Assembly (NCBI GenBank): GCA_013239625.1
Contig: MU053645.1
Location: 984,274-1,048,273 of the forward strand
Direction: 5' to 3'
Source of the DNA: Lama guanicoe
Lineage: Eukaryota
DNA length: 64,000 nucleotides
Shown: positions 27,021-40,248 of the stretch, piece by piece
Layout of the letters: each line of letters opens with the position of its first letter
Numbering within the stretch: the first letter of the stretch is position 1
Notes under the pieces: model-generated
The model's database searches: none
Told to the model about the DNA's origin: nothing
Seen by the model: only the letters and a program-made list of their open reading frames with translations
Program-made: the position numbers and the translations under genes

Positions 27021-28262
27021 TTGTCTAGTGAAGTATCCTACAGTATTTGTCCTTTGGTAACTTACTTTTCAATTAAATATTATACTTGAAGTTTTCATGT
27101 TTGATATATGTAGATCTAGTTAATTCATTTTAACTGCTTAAAGTTATTTTCCCTTATGGAAGTATTACAGTCTATCCATTTTCCTATCAATGACCATTTA
27201 GCTTCTTTTCAATTGTCTGGTTCTTTTCAAACCATGATCACTGAAGCCCTCAAGTTCTGTGCAGGTTGCTTAAGGGCCACAGAGGAGCTCCATGGGCTAC
27301 TTTGTTCAAAGGGCATCATGGCTTTTAAAGATAAGTTTGGAAAACAATAAAAATTATCAGGAATAGTATCTAGTTTTCCAGACCGTTGTCCAGAGAGCTT
27401 TCTAATACAACAGGATACTCAACTGAGATTTTGCCTCTGTTCATTTTAGTCCATTTGTCTTCTTAAATATTGAGAATGACAGGTCAGAATACTCAATCTC
27501 ATGATCCAAAAGGTATAAACAAATTCTTCTGCATGTATTTTGAATAGTAATATCTGAGTTAGTTGTGGCCAAGAAAAGTGAAGCCCATAGGTTGCAGACG
27601 TCAAATACTAAGGCATGGAATCCATGCAAACCTGCTTTGCTCTGCAACTCTCCAAATGTTTAATGAACGTACTACATATCACATGTTAATATAATCCTAT
27701 TGGTCCATCATAAACAGAATATAGTTTTTCAACACCCTCTCCCTCAATTTTTCTTTCGTATTTTTCAGGCAACATACCATGAATGAGGTTATGCAGAGCA
27801 GACACAATTTTTCAGTTACCTTTATGATCTTTATTTGTGGCTGGAATGTGACTTGTGGTCACAGAACAGAGACAAGGTTACTACTATAGGAAACCAAATC
27901 TAGAATCCTGGACTGATTAAGAGCATGCTCTATTATGGCAAAGTGGCCAGCCAGAAATAAAAGGTAGAGTGTTGACAGGTTACTACATGATACAGAATCT
28001 AAACATTCCAGTTGAAAGACACAGTCAGCATTGGATTATGGAAAATCCTGTAGTTAATGCCTAACGTGATAATTTCCTAATTACTGGATTTTTAACAATT
28101 ATTACACAAGCTTTCTTTTGGAGTCTAAAAATTATCTTATTACCTATGGAAGTAATTTGTAGATCTCTTAAAGTGAAACCAGAAGTCATTGCTACTAAAA
28201 GTCAACACAGACCATACAAAGAGGAAATAAGACACTTTCTAAGAAACCACAGGTTTTCATAC

Positions 28263-28445
28263 TCCTGTAAATTGAGAAGTTGCTTCATCTTGTATAGAAT
28301 TCAATCAAAAACTCATAATACTCAGGTTTCCATTCATTGTTTCAAAGCAACATTTTAAGCCAGTTTGTCTTTCAAGCAATTTCTAGCTGCTAGCTCAGCT
28401 CAACTGGGCACACTCATTTGCAAATTCTGGTATTTAAGTTCTTAC
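28263..28445 (-). pseudogene. Relic coding-like block (boundaries uncertain)
   Basis: Minus translation ELKYQNLQMSVPS*AELAARNCLKDKLA*NVALKQ*MET*...ILYKMKQLLNLQE. A local frameshift gives NECAQL before AELAAR. Confidence 0.45.
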
Positions 28446-28596
28446 CTTGCAAACAGCACTAGACTGATCCAGGGGGTAACTGGGCATTTCCTTTGGAGGC
28501 AAGGAGATAACCTATTCTAGACCTGGGAACTCGGAGTGGGGCGCGGTACTCCACTCCTGCCTATTAGTGACTTGCCTCGGCAGAGTCCTTACTTTG

Positions 28597-28832
28597 AAAT
28601 GGGAGTTGAGGATTTGCAGATACTAACTACTATATATAAAATAGATAAACAGCACGGTCCTACTGCATAGCACAGGGAACTATATCCAATGCCTTGTAAT
28701 AGCCTATAATAAAAAAGTATGAAAAGGAATATACATATATATTCAAAACTGAATCACTGTGCTATACGCCAGAAATTAACACAACATTGTAAACCGACTA
28801 TACTTAAATAATTAATTAATTAAAAAAATAAA
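28597..28832 (+). mobile_element. Young L1 3' tail
   Basis: gggagttgaggatttgcagatactaactactatatataaaatagataaac...aaaccgactatacttaaata followed by an A-rich tail. Confidence 0.88.
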
Positions 28833-28935
28833 GCCCATAGCTAATTTGGGAGCTTCCCTATTTGAAGACAAAATCTATTCGCAATAATCAAACATAGGAG
28901 TTCTTAGTTCTTTTTCACCCAGAGCCACATTTGAC

Positions 28936-29161
28936 CTAAGGGATCTTGTTTTGCAATGAGTTAGTTTGTTCCTCTTGAATATTACACTATCAGAAATCTG
29001 ATGAGAAATTAAGTTTTTCCTGACATCTGAAGAATGTGAAAGACCTTGAGGTTTTCATATTCTTCTTGTTTTTCTCCTTCTTTCCATAAATTAGGAAACA
29101 GTTACTTATTTTTATCATGGAAAGTTTCTTGTTTTCCTTCATCAAGTATCTTGGTTCTCTC
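28936..29161 (-). pseudogene. Relic exon (3' boundary uncertain)
   Basis: ttctttgttaatattattgcatag|GAGAGAACC... Frames give LMKENKKL, KEGEKQEEYENLK and RCQEKLNFSSDF**CNIQEEQTNSLQNKI. Confidence 0.5.
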
Positions 29162-29384
29162 CTATGCAATAATATTAACAAAGAACATTTTAAACCAAAG
29201 GTCTAAGAAATAAAAATAAAAGGTGTTAATCTCATTCTCTTTAACTGCCATTTCAATATTCTAGATTAAATAACACAGTTGACACATTTTTATTTTCTAT
29301 GACTTAATTCAAACACTCTGCAGACTTTTACATTCTTGCTAACAATTCCATAGCATTTGACATAAAAAGTGAAGAAATCTTTAC

Positions 29385-29458
29385 CTGTTGACTTAGGATT
29401 TGCATCACTCTCAATGTTCAGTATGTCAGATGACAGAATCTGGTTTACAAATACAAAG
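29385..29458 (-). pseudogene. Relic exon (74 nt)
   Basis: ctttctgtttccccaataatctttcag|CTTTGT...GTCAACAG|gtaaag. One frame is open (FVFVNQILSSDILNIESDANPKST). Confidence 0.55.
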
Positions 29459-32400
29459 CTGAAAGATTATTGGGGAAACAGAAAGATTAGAATGGAGAAG
29501 TAGGATGATTTAGGCACCAGATGGAGGAAAAAAGTTACTCATCTCACCGTCTTAAAACCCAGAAAGAGTTTCTTAAAAAAGAAGCAAAGATGATAAGCAT
29601 ACGTTGAAGGTTACAATAACACAGAAGGGCATTGGTTTCCCACATTACAGAGCTGACGTATTTTCAATTATATCACTCTGAAATGTGAAGCCAGATTCTG
29701 TTCACAGAGCAAGTCACCAAATTCTCACATAAAGTGTCTGAATTTCCAGTTAACACAAAGGCAATTTTTCATTCTCTATCAGTAAGAGTATGCAGAATTC
29801 CATTTTTTATTAAAAAGTATTTATTCTAGCAATGTGAAAAATACATCCAAACATTCACATTTCTTTTTTCTCTCTCCATTGATTTGCCAACATTTCTCTC
29901 TTGCCTTTTGTTGTTTGAACCTAGGTGGTTTGCTGTGGGTTTTTTGCTAAACTATTTTTTGAAGGAGAACATATATTCAGAAAAGTGTACAAATCTTAAG
30001 TGTACAGATAAACAGGTAAATAGATAAAGATGTTGATGAATGTACCTACTACACAAAAGAAGATACAGAACATTACCAGCATCCCAAAGGGCTCCTTGTG
30101 CACCCTTCGAGTCAGTACCCCTAACAAGGTAACGAATATCTTGACTTCTATCACCAAGATTAATTTTATCTGTTTGGAGTATCACATAATACTATCATAC
30201 AAGAGGTACTCTTTTGTCTTGCTTCTTTTGCTCTATATTTTAAGCCTGTGAGATTCATCTCCATTGTTATAAGTTGTTTATTTTTTCACTGTTGTGTAGT
30301 ATTCCTTTTGGACTGATAAAATGTAATTTATTACTTGTTAAACTACATTTTCTAATGTCATGAATAAAGGTGCTATTGACATTTATTTCCTTGACTTTTA
30401 ATGCAGGAATGGGCTTATTTTACTTGCCTAGGAGTAATGTTGCTAGGTCATGGGACATGTGTACAATTGGCATTCAAATATGTTGCCAGTTTTTCTAAAG
30501 TGGTTATACCAATTTATACCTCCAACGGTAGTATATGAGAGTTCAATCTGTTCAACATTTTGCCAATACTTGGTGTTATCAGTCTGTTAAATTTTAACTA
30601 TTCTGGTGTTTGTGGAGTGGTTTATTGTGGCTTTAATTTGCATTTTCCTAATAACTAATAATATCAAATATCTTTTCATATGATTGCTGGTTATATTTGA
30701 AGTCATGTATCGTAAAGTGCCTGGTCAAATTTTATATTTAATTTTTTTAATTGAGTTCTTTTTCTTATTTATATGAGAGGATTCTTTATATAGTCTTTAC
30801 ATATAACACTCAAAGTCCTTTCCGATATATGTATTGCAAATATCTTCTACTCACTAGTTGCCTATTTACTCACTTAATAATGTCTTTTGATAAACATAAC
30901 TTTTAAAACTTAATGAGTACAATTTGCAATATTTCCTCTTATGATTGGTGCTTTGTGTGTCCTGTTTAAGCAACTGCATAAGCTAAGGTCATGAAACTAT
31001 TTGCTTATACTTTATTATAATGTAAGCTTTATTGTTGTGCCATTTAACTTTAAAGTTCATTTGGAATTGATTTGTTCATATGATGTGAGGTAGGAGTCAG
31101 CATACAATTCCTTTCAAAAACAGATATCAAATTGACTCAGATTCATTTATTGAAAAGACCATCCCTTACTCCTCTGCATTTCATTGTCACCTTTATCATA
31201 AATTGGGTGGCCTTATATGTTTGAGTGTGCTTCTGGCCTCTATTCATTTGGCCTCTGTCTATCCTTGCACCAATATCTCACTATTTTAATCACTGTACCT
31301 TTATAATAAATATTCCTATTTTGTAGTGTTAAGTCTCCCAACTTTTCCCTCTTCTTCAAGATTCTCTGGCCTATTATTGGCCCTTTTCAGTTTCATATCC
31401 ATTTAGTAAGTTAGCTATCACCACAAAGTCTTTCTGTGATTTTTATTATGAATTGTTTTTTTTGTGTATAGATCAATTTTCAAAGAATATATATGTTTTA
31501 AATATTGAGACTGCCAAATCATGAAGATGGTATGTCCCTCTATTTATTTAGATCTGTATTTACTCTCAATAATATATCATAGTTTTCTATGTAGATATCT
31601 TTTTAAGTTTTTTTTCATGAGCATGTGATGATTTTTGATGGTACTATAAATGTTATTTTTTTTCTTTTCCTTATTTGACAGACCAAGACCTGCAGGATAA
31701 GGTTAAATAAAAGTTAAATGCTACATTTAACAGTAAATTTGGCAGTACAATAGGGAAAGAAGTGGATACCCTTTCCCCTTCCTTACAGAGGAAATATTTC
31801 ATATTTCACTATTAACAATATTTACCATAGTTTATTGTAGCTGTCCTTTATTAAATTGAAGAAAATATCTTCAAATCTTAGTTTGCTAAGAATTATCCTG
31901 AATCTGTATTGAATGTATTTATGCATCCATTGAAATCATTTAGGTTTTCTACTCTCTTTATTTCATTATGATAGTGAATTACACTAATTGGTTTTTGAAT
32001 TTTAAGCTATCCTCCCCGCCCCAAGAATAAACCCACATTAGTTGTGGTGTCATTATCCTTTATATAAATATTGCTGTAATTAATTTGTTGTTATTTTGTT
32101 TAGGAATTTTTCCTTATATTCATCATAGAAATAGCTTTTATTATTCTCTTGTAATGTTCTTCTCAAATTTGATGTCAAAATTATGCTAACAGCATAAAAT
32201 AAATTGAGAAATATTTCTTCTTTCTCAGTTTTCTGAGTTTGTGTAAGGGTGATATTATTTCTTCCTTAATACTTAGAAGAATTCGCCACTCACCATCTGG
32301 GCCTGTTTTTCTTTTGTTTGTTTTTTTTACAGTAAGGTTTTAAATTATGGCTCACTCTTTTAAAACAAGTATATAAAAATTCAATTTTTAAATTTCTTTT

Positions 32401-32531
32401 CATGACAGTTTTGTTAGGTTGTGTTTTTGAAGAAATTTGGACATGTCATCTAAATTTCCAAACTCTTAGGCACAAAATTCTTCATAATATTTTAATGATG
32501 TTTTTAATTATCTATAAGTCATCTCATTCTT

Positions 32532-32957
32532 TTTTATTGACATATAATTGATGTACAATATTATATAAGTTATAGGTGTACAACATAGTGATTCACAATT
32601 CTTAAAGGTTATACTCCATTTATAGCTATTATAAAATACTATCTTCCCTGTGTTGTACAGTATATCCTTGTAGGTTATTTATTTCATACATAGTAGTTTG
32701 AACCTCTTAATCTCCTACCTCTCTCATGGCCCTTCACTCCTTTCCTCTCCCCATTAGTAACCATTAGTTTGTTCTCTATATCTGTAAGTCTGTTTCCTTT
32801 TTCTTAAATTCACTACTTTATTCTTTTAGGTTCCACATATAAGTCGTAACATAATTTGTCCTTCTATGACTTATTTCACTTAGCATAATGCCCTCCAAGT
32901 CTATCCATGCTTCTGCAAATTGGAAAATTTCATTCTTTTAATGGCTGAGTACTATTC

Positions 32958-33007
<50 letters not shown>

Positions 33008-34618
33008 CTTCTTTATCCATTCATCTGTTGATTGATACTTAGGTTGCCTCCATATCTTGGCAATTACAAATAATGCTGCCATGAACACTGGGATGCATGT
33101 ATCTTTCAAATTAGTGTTTTGTTTTGTTTTGTTTGGATACACCAGGAGTGGAATTTCTGGGTCATATGATAGCTATTATTTTTAGTTTTCTGAGAAGCCA
33201 CTATACTAATTTCCACAGTGGCTGTAACAATTTACATTCCTGCCAACAGTGTAGGAGGGTTCCCTCTTCTCCATACCCTTGTCAACATTTGTTTTCGTGA
33301 TCTTTTTGGTAGCCATTCTGACCAGTGTGAGATGACAACTCATTCTGGCTTTAATTTGCATTTCTTTGATGATTAGTGATTTTGAGTATCTTTTTATGTG
33401 CCTGTTGGCCATCTGTAAGTCTTGGCCACAGCAATTAGACAAGAAAAAGAAATAAAATAAATTCAAATTGGAAAGGAAGAAGTAAAACTGCCACTGTTTG
33501 CAAATGACATGATACTATACACAGAGAATTCTACAGATGCCACCAGGAAACTACTAGAGCTCATCAATGTAAAATTGTAGGATACAAAATTAATACACAG
33601 AAATCTATTGCATTTCTATATACTAGCAATGAACTATCAGAAAGAGAAATTAAGGAAACAATCCCATTTATCATTGCATAAAAAAGAGTGAAAGACCTAG
33701 GAATAAACCTACCTAAGAAGGCAAAAAATCTATACTCAGGAAACTATAAAACACTGATGAAAGAAATTTAAGATGATACAAACAGATGAAAAAATACATC
33801 ATGTTCATGGATTGCAGGAATTAATATTGTTAAAATATCATACTACCCAAGGCAATCCACAGATGCAATGCAATTTCTATCAAACTACCAGGACATTTTT
33901 TACTGAACTAGAAAAATAATTTTAAAATTTATATGAAAACACAAAAGACTCTAAATAGCCAAAATAATCTTGAGAAAGAAGAACAGAATCAAGCTCCCTG
34001 ACATCAGACTATACCACAAAGCTATGGTAATAAAATCAGAATGGTACTAGCAGAAAACAGACTCATCGATAAATGGAACAGAATAGAGAGCACAGAAATA
34101 AACTCACACATTTATGGTCAATTAATCTACAACAAAGGAGGCAAGAATATACAATGGAGAAAAGACAGTATCTTCAATGAGTGATGCTGGGAAGATTGGA
34201 GAGCTACATGTAAAAAAATGAAATCATAACATTTTCTCATGCTACATACAAAAATACACTCAAAATGGATTAAAGATTTAAACATAAGACCAGAAACCAT
34301 AGAACTCATAGAAGAAAATGTAGACAGAACATCCTTTGACATAAGTCATAGAAATATATTATTGGATTTGTCTCCTAAACCAAAGGAAATAAAAGCAAAA
34401 GTAAACAAGACCTAATTAGGTTTAAAAACTTTTGCACAGCAAAGGAAACCACTGATAAAATGAAAAGACAATCTATTGAATGGGAGAAATTATTTGCTAG
34501 TGATATGACTGATAAGAGGTTACTGTCAAAAATATATAAACAGCTCATACAATTCAACATCAAACAAACAAACAAATTAAAAAATGGGCAAAGACCTGAA
34601 TATACATTATTCCAAGGT
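32532..34618 (-). mobile_element. Younger L1 with a 5' inversion (twin priming) and 11-bp TSD
   Basis: TSD atctcattctt at 32521-32531 and 34619-34629. 32532-33423 is the antisense 3' end; 33417-34618 is sense ORF2 (KRQSIEWEKLFASDMTDKRLLSKIYKQL). Confidence 0.9.
32961..33004. repeat. (TG)22 microsatellite
   Basis: Perfect dinucleotide run inside the L1 3' region. Confidence 0.95.
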
Positions 34619-36770
34619 ATCTCATTCTTGATTGGTAACTTGTATTTCCCCCTTTTTCCTCGATTAGATGTATAAAGTTGTATTCATTTTACTAATCTTT
34701 TCAAATAATCATTGTTTAGCTTTGTTTTCTTTATTTTATGATTATTTTCTATTTTATTTACTTCAGCTTTTATCTTTTATAAACTTCCATATTTCTACTC
34801 TTCTTTGAGCTTATTGAGATGAATAATTAAGGCATTGATTTTCTTTCTTCTTTGCTAATCATCTTTAAGGTATAAATTTTCTTCTAAGTACTGCTTCAGC
34901 CTTATTTTGAAGTATTAAAATGTGATTTTAAATCAATGTTTCATTTTAAAATATTTTACTTTATTTCTAAACATTTGGGAATTTTCTCTTTTAATTCTGT
35001 TGTGTTAAAGAACATGCTTATAATATCAGTCCTTAGAAATTCATTAAGATCTCCCTCATATCCCAGCATAAGGTCAACTTTGGCAAATATTAATGTGCAC
35101 TTGATAAAGACAGGATGCATTCTGAAATTGTTGGGTGTAGTTTACCGTATGTTAATTAGTTCAAATTGCCTTTTTTTTCTCAGACGTTCTATATATTTGC
35201 TCACTTTTTTCTGTTTCTTTTATCAGTTACTGAGAGAAGTATCTTAAATTCTAAACTATCATTGTGGTTTTGATCCTGCCAACTTTTACTTTACGCCTGT
35301 TGAGGTTATTATGTTAATTAACATTTAAGATAGTTTTGTTTTTCGTTCTTCCTACTAGGTTGACCTTTTTTATCATTATGAAATATTCCTTTATGTTAAA
35401 TAGTAATACACCTTGTCTTAGAGTTGACTTACTCTGATATTAATTATATGAAGTTTCTTTTGGCTACTATTTGCATAGTGTATTTTTTTGAACCTTTACT
35501 TTGAATTCATCTTCTATTTAAGTTATGTATCATGCAAATAGTAGTAGTTTTTTATTTTAAAAAATCCAGCTTGATAATTTTTATCATTTATTTCGAGCAC
35601 TCTACTTATCTTTAATGCAATTATGATATATTTTGTTTTAAACCAACTGTCTACTTGTCATACCTGTTTTTTATTCTTATCTCCCTCCCTTCTTTCTTTC
35701 GGAGTAAACAAGTATTTTGGGTTATTATTATTTATTATTCTGTTTCATTCAACTTTTAACTTGTGGTTATTCAGTCTTTTAACTTGGTAGAAGTTTTCAG
35801 TGATTACCTTGGAAATTACAGCATGCACTCGACTTACTACAGTCCACTCTATATGAATACTTCTACTTTCCAGATATTGCAAAGAACTTAAAATGCTTTA
35901 ACCCTTATTTTCCTATCATGTATGATGTTCAGTTATGCATTTTATTTATACATATTTGCAACTTCACAAGATGTTATCAGTATTTTAAACAATCAATATT
36001 CCTTCACAATATCCCTTTCTATTTCCTGACATATTTATCCTTTCTTGTGCTCTTCATTTCTTCTACCTTCCCATCCTTGCATCTGCGATTATTTTCCTCC
36101 TGCCTGAAGAACATGCATCTTTTGGTATAGGTTTACAAGTACCAAATTTCTATATATTTTTATCTGAAAATGTGTTTACTTCACTTCCTTTTAAAAATGA
36201 ATTTTTACACAAATGTAATTTGCCTTTATTTTTGGAGAATGTTTCCACTGGGTAAATAATTCTAGGTTGCATATTTCTTCAGTACTTTAAAGATGTCACT
36301 TAGTGAACTCTCAACAATTAGTTCTCAATTTTTTCTTGCCTAAAATTTTATTTATTTAGCTAACTTAACTGAGAAAAACTAAGCAATTCTCTTAAGATTT
36401 ACAGAATCCTTTTCTCATAAATTAAAAACATTTTTTTCAGTGACTATTAGCAAGGTCATCCTTATTTGTAGCTGAAATCTTTCTTCTGGTATCTTCTTAT
36501 GGTTCATCACATTTCTATTCTTTGTGACCTTCTATAATGAGTTTAATCCATTTTCAACATGACATCTTATAAAATATTTAAAGATAGTTATCATGTTCCT
36601 ACCTCCCCTTCATTATTTTCTCCAGACTAGACAAATCCCGTCTATTCATGGGTTCTCCATATATTGGGCCAAGTTTACTTATTATTTCAGGACTTTGCTC
36701 TGAATGTGCTCTAGTTGGTTGCCTTCAGTAAGCAGGTGATGACTGTGTTCACTGATGTCAGGTGACTTAC

Positions 36771-36868
36771 AACAATGTTCTATACAAGATGAATTTGCAA
36801 ATAGGATTCAGCTGACTCTAAATTTGGAAATAGATTTTGGGTCAATCTAGTCCTGTTTTCTGTACTGG
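36771..36868 (-). pseudogene. Relic exon (98 nt) with very strong splice signals
   Basis: Branch-like gctaat, then a long pyrimidine tract and aag|CCAGTACAG...ATTGTT|gtaagt. Reads STENRTRLTQNLFPNLESAESYLQIHLV*NIV. Confidence 0.55.
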
Positions 36869-37500
36869 CTTTTGAAATTAAAAGAAAGAAAGAAAAAAGA
36901 AGAGAGGGAGGGAAGGAGATTAGCACGTAAGTATAAACTGTGTTCGATTTATTTTGTTATGGGCAAAAGGACTCCTTAAATCCCAGAGTGTTGCATAGTT
37001 TTGTTCATTTAATCTAACAAAATAAATAATTTTGAGCCAGTAAGCTATTATTTGAGAGAAATTCTTACATTGTATTAACTCAGCATTTGTAACTGCAGCA
37101 GATAAAAAAAAAATCCAACAAGGTAAACCAGCAAAATATGATTTTGTGCATCTTTTCAGTTACATATATGCACATCTTAATACAGGAATGATTCGTTTCG
37201 CTTCATTCAAGCCTACATTCTGAATAAAACTTCATGAAGTGAACTGGTGGTATTTAGTCTTTGAAAAATCCATTTTATTTATAAACTCTCATGAATACAA
37301 GCATACTAGCATAAATAAAATTTCATTATTATATCATTGCATGGCAGGGTATTCAAGGTTAAAACTCAAGAACCCTTCAGGACTAACCAAGCCTTGAAAT
37401 ATAATTATACAATGTGGCAAACAAAAAAACTTTACAAAGTTTGAAATGAAAGATATGCTTAAAGTACAGTTGAAAATTGTTTTTGAAAGGTCTCAATGAG

Positions 37501-37851
37501 TGGAATCTTAAAAAAAAAAAAAAAGACTGACACAGTTATTTGCAAAACAGAAACAGACTCTCAGACATAGAAAACAAACTTATGGCTACCAGAGGGGGAA
37601 GGGGGTGGGATGGGATTAACTGGTAGTTTTGAGATTTGCAAATACTAACTAATATATATAAAATAGATAAACAAGTTTATACTGTATAGCACAGGGAACT
37701 ATGTTCAATATCTTGTAGTAATTTACGGTGAAAAAGAATATGATAACGAATATATGTATGTTCCTATATGACTGAAGTATTGTGTCGTACACCAGAAATT
37801 GACACATTTTAAACTGACTATACTTCAGTAAAAATTAAAAATTAAAAAAAC
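37501..37851 (+). mobile_element. Young L1 3' end with perfect 15-bp TSD
   Basis: TSD aaaggtctcaatgag at 37486-37500 and 37852-37866. The body matches the other L1 tails in the window. Confidence 0.93.
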
Positions 37852-39009
37852 AAAGGTCTCAATGAGACCCAGGAGTGGGTCAGCAGTCACACAGGAAACT
37901 ATATTGCTCTTTTTGTGTCCTCCCAAAGTTCTGTCAAAATTCTTAATATTTGAACTTGGGTTTATTTCTTCTTAGCAATCTATCAGCTTTCAGGTACAAA
38001 GAGCATGCCATCAGGAGACTGTCGGAAGACTTTAGCCCCCTCTGGGAGTGGAAATGGATTTGTTCTGAACTACCTGGTGCTGATGAAAGGCTTGTACCTT
38101 CATTTAGTAGAATCCCGCTATTCTTGTGAGATCATGGTTTAAGTCTGGAATTGTAAGAGCTTATATAGGATCTCTCCCATAGATAATTCAGAACACTGTA
38201 CGTAATTTTGTGTTTCCTGCCATTGAAATGATGCTCCCTCGTCTGGGAAGTAAGTAATAATGGCCTTTTAGGTTTTTCAGAGCTGGAGGCCAATCAATAG
38301 TCCCCTCTGGGAACAAGGATGGGTCTACCAAAGCCAAAGTCACCATCCTGGGAAAATAAGAGACTAAGCGAAGACACTCGTTTAAAAGAATAAGTTTACC
38401 AACTTGGCAAACTTGAAAAACTCCAAGACTGCTCCTTGAGTCTAGACATGATAGAATAACTTACTTCAGACTGGGGACAACTATAAAATATGTATAAAAT
38501 TTTTTAAATATGTGACTTGAAGGCATCAGATATCAACCAAGGAAACTATAACTCAGAGGGGCCAAGATTCTGGATAGAAAAGAAAAGCAGGTGAGTTCCA
38601 CGTTTACCTCTGCTTTTATCCCTGGGGCTTTCACCTATTAACAGTGTAGAGAAGAGAGTCAAGAAGCAGCAGTTTGGGGCCTGCGGTAGTCTCATTGTCA
38701 TAGGGAAACAGAAGTTCGAGGTTCAGGATGCCAAGGTGACAAGAACTCAAGGAGTCATGATCCAAGAAAGTGGTAAACCAAAAAACTTGCTTGCAATTTC
38801 CCCTTGAGGTGTTTGCCAACTCATAAACTGTTCGTACCCAGGAACAATGTTATTGCCTTGGTTCTAACAACCCCATCAGTTTCCCCCTTTCCCCCTACTG
38901 GCTTAATATGAAAAATCAAACTATTTAGCATTTTATATATATTATATATACATATATAGACATATATAAAATATATGTGTGTGTATATATATATATAAAA
39001 AAGCCTCTA

Positions 39010-39625
39010 CTGTCTGGTCTTCCCAGACACATCCTACAATGACCTCCAATGAGTCATTCACTTGTGAAATCTTTTCCCTGCAATCCCTTCCTTTTGACTG
39101 TAGGTAGAACCTATGACCTGCTTCTCACAAAAGGAATATAGCAAAGGTGAGAAATATCACTACTGTGACTATATTACATTAAATGGCAGAGGTGAGTGAA
39201 TTTTGCATGTACAGTTAAGATTCCTTATCAGTTGACTTTGAATTAATCAGAAGAGTGTTCTGAGTGGGCCTAACCTAATCAGGTGAGTTCTTTAAAAGAG
39301 GATGTAGGCCTTTTCTACGATGAAAGACTTGAAGCAGTGAAGACTCCTTGATGCTGGCTCTGATGAATCAAATTACCATGAATCCGACAGCCACAAGGAA
39401 TTAATTCTGCAAACAATCTGAGCTTGGCAAAGACCCCCGAAATCCAGATGATAATGCATCTGGTCAACAACTTGATTACTAACCTTGTGAAACCTTGAGC
39501 AGAGTACCCAGTTATGCTATGCCCAGACTTCTGCCCTGCAGAAATACTGATACGATATAAAGTTGTGTTGTTTTAAGCTGCTAACTTTGTTATTTTGTTA
39601 TGCAGCAATAAAAAACTAATGCACC
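39010..39625 (+). mobile_element. MaLR solo LTR (MLT1-type)
   Basis: gagtgggcctaacctaatcaggtgag...ccttgagcagagtacccagttatgctatgcccagacttctg...ttttaagctgctaac...tgttatgcagcaataaaaaactaatgca is a typical MLT1 3' end. Confidence 0.85.
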
Positions 39626-40036
39626 ACTTTTTGCCTCAAATTCATATAGCAGCCAGTGAGAACTACTATTATTGTTCTGACTTTGATATGCTATTTTACA
39701 CATTAATGTGTTTCTAAATATTGTTCCTTTCCCATTAAATTTCCTTTCTTAGATTTTCTGCCTGCAAAGGTTCCGTTCACACCTTAGTATCCAGCTCAAA
39801 CTTCTACTCTGAAGACTTCAAAACCAAATGAACATCCTTTCTGTCACCATTATAGCTATTTTTTAAAATACGATCCTAGCATCTATCACACTGCACTGCA
39901 TTCAGCTGTTTACACGCCTTATTTATTTATCCATTCCATGAAATCAAGGAATATAATTCACTTTTATATTGCCAACTTTTATAATGCCTAACTAGAGTAG
40001 AGACTCAACAGAAGTTTGTTAAATGAATGGATTTAC

Positions 40037-40082
40037 ATTTAGTTATTTCATTGATTCTTCTTGACTTATAGCCAGCTTCTTC
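40037..40082 (-). pseudogene. Relic exon (46 nt)
   Basis: tactgtatttag|GAAGAAGCT...ACTAAAT|gtaaat. EEAGYKSRRINEITK, phase 0 to phase 1, compatible with both neighbours. Confidence 0.45.
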
Positions 40083-40248
40083 CTAAATACAGTACCATAT
40101 TTGATCTACCATTTGTTGCTAACATATTCATTTGAGATTTGAGAGTATGTGTTTGGGACTGAGAATTGAATCAATAGACTGAGAGAAAGAACTTGTATTA
40201 TTCTGCTCTACCTCTGTCATGATTTTTATGTATCAATCATATCCTTAC

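Larger units (their letters stand above)
29950..36300 (-). mobile_element. Old degenerate L1 (3' UTR to ORF2/ORF1 remnants) hosting a nested inverted L1
   Basis: Continuous antisense L1-like T-rich sequence (gctttaatttgcattttcctaataactaat, aataaacccacattagttgtggtgt) that resumes after 34629. Confidence 0.8.

Noticed and set aside
27769..27876. Plus-strand exon-like segment with a strong acceptor
   Set aside because: The donor is weak (gttact), I identified no partner plus-strand exons, and the translation is not coding-like. It shows the chance background for such signals.
38935..39000. (TA)/(TG)-rich tract
   Set aside because: Ordinary low-complexity microsatellite.
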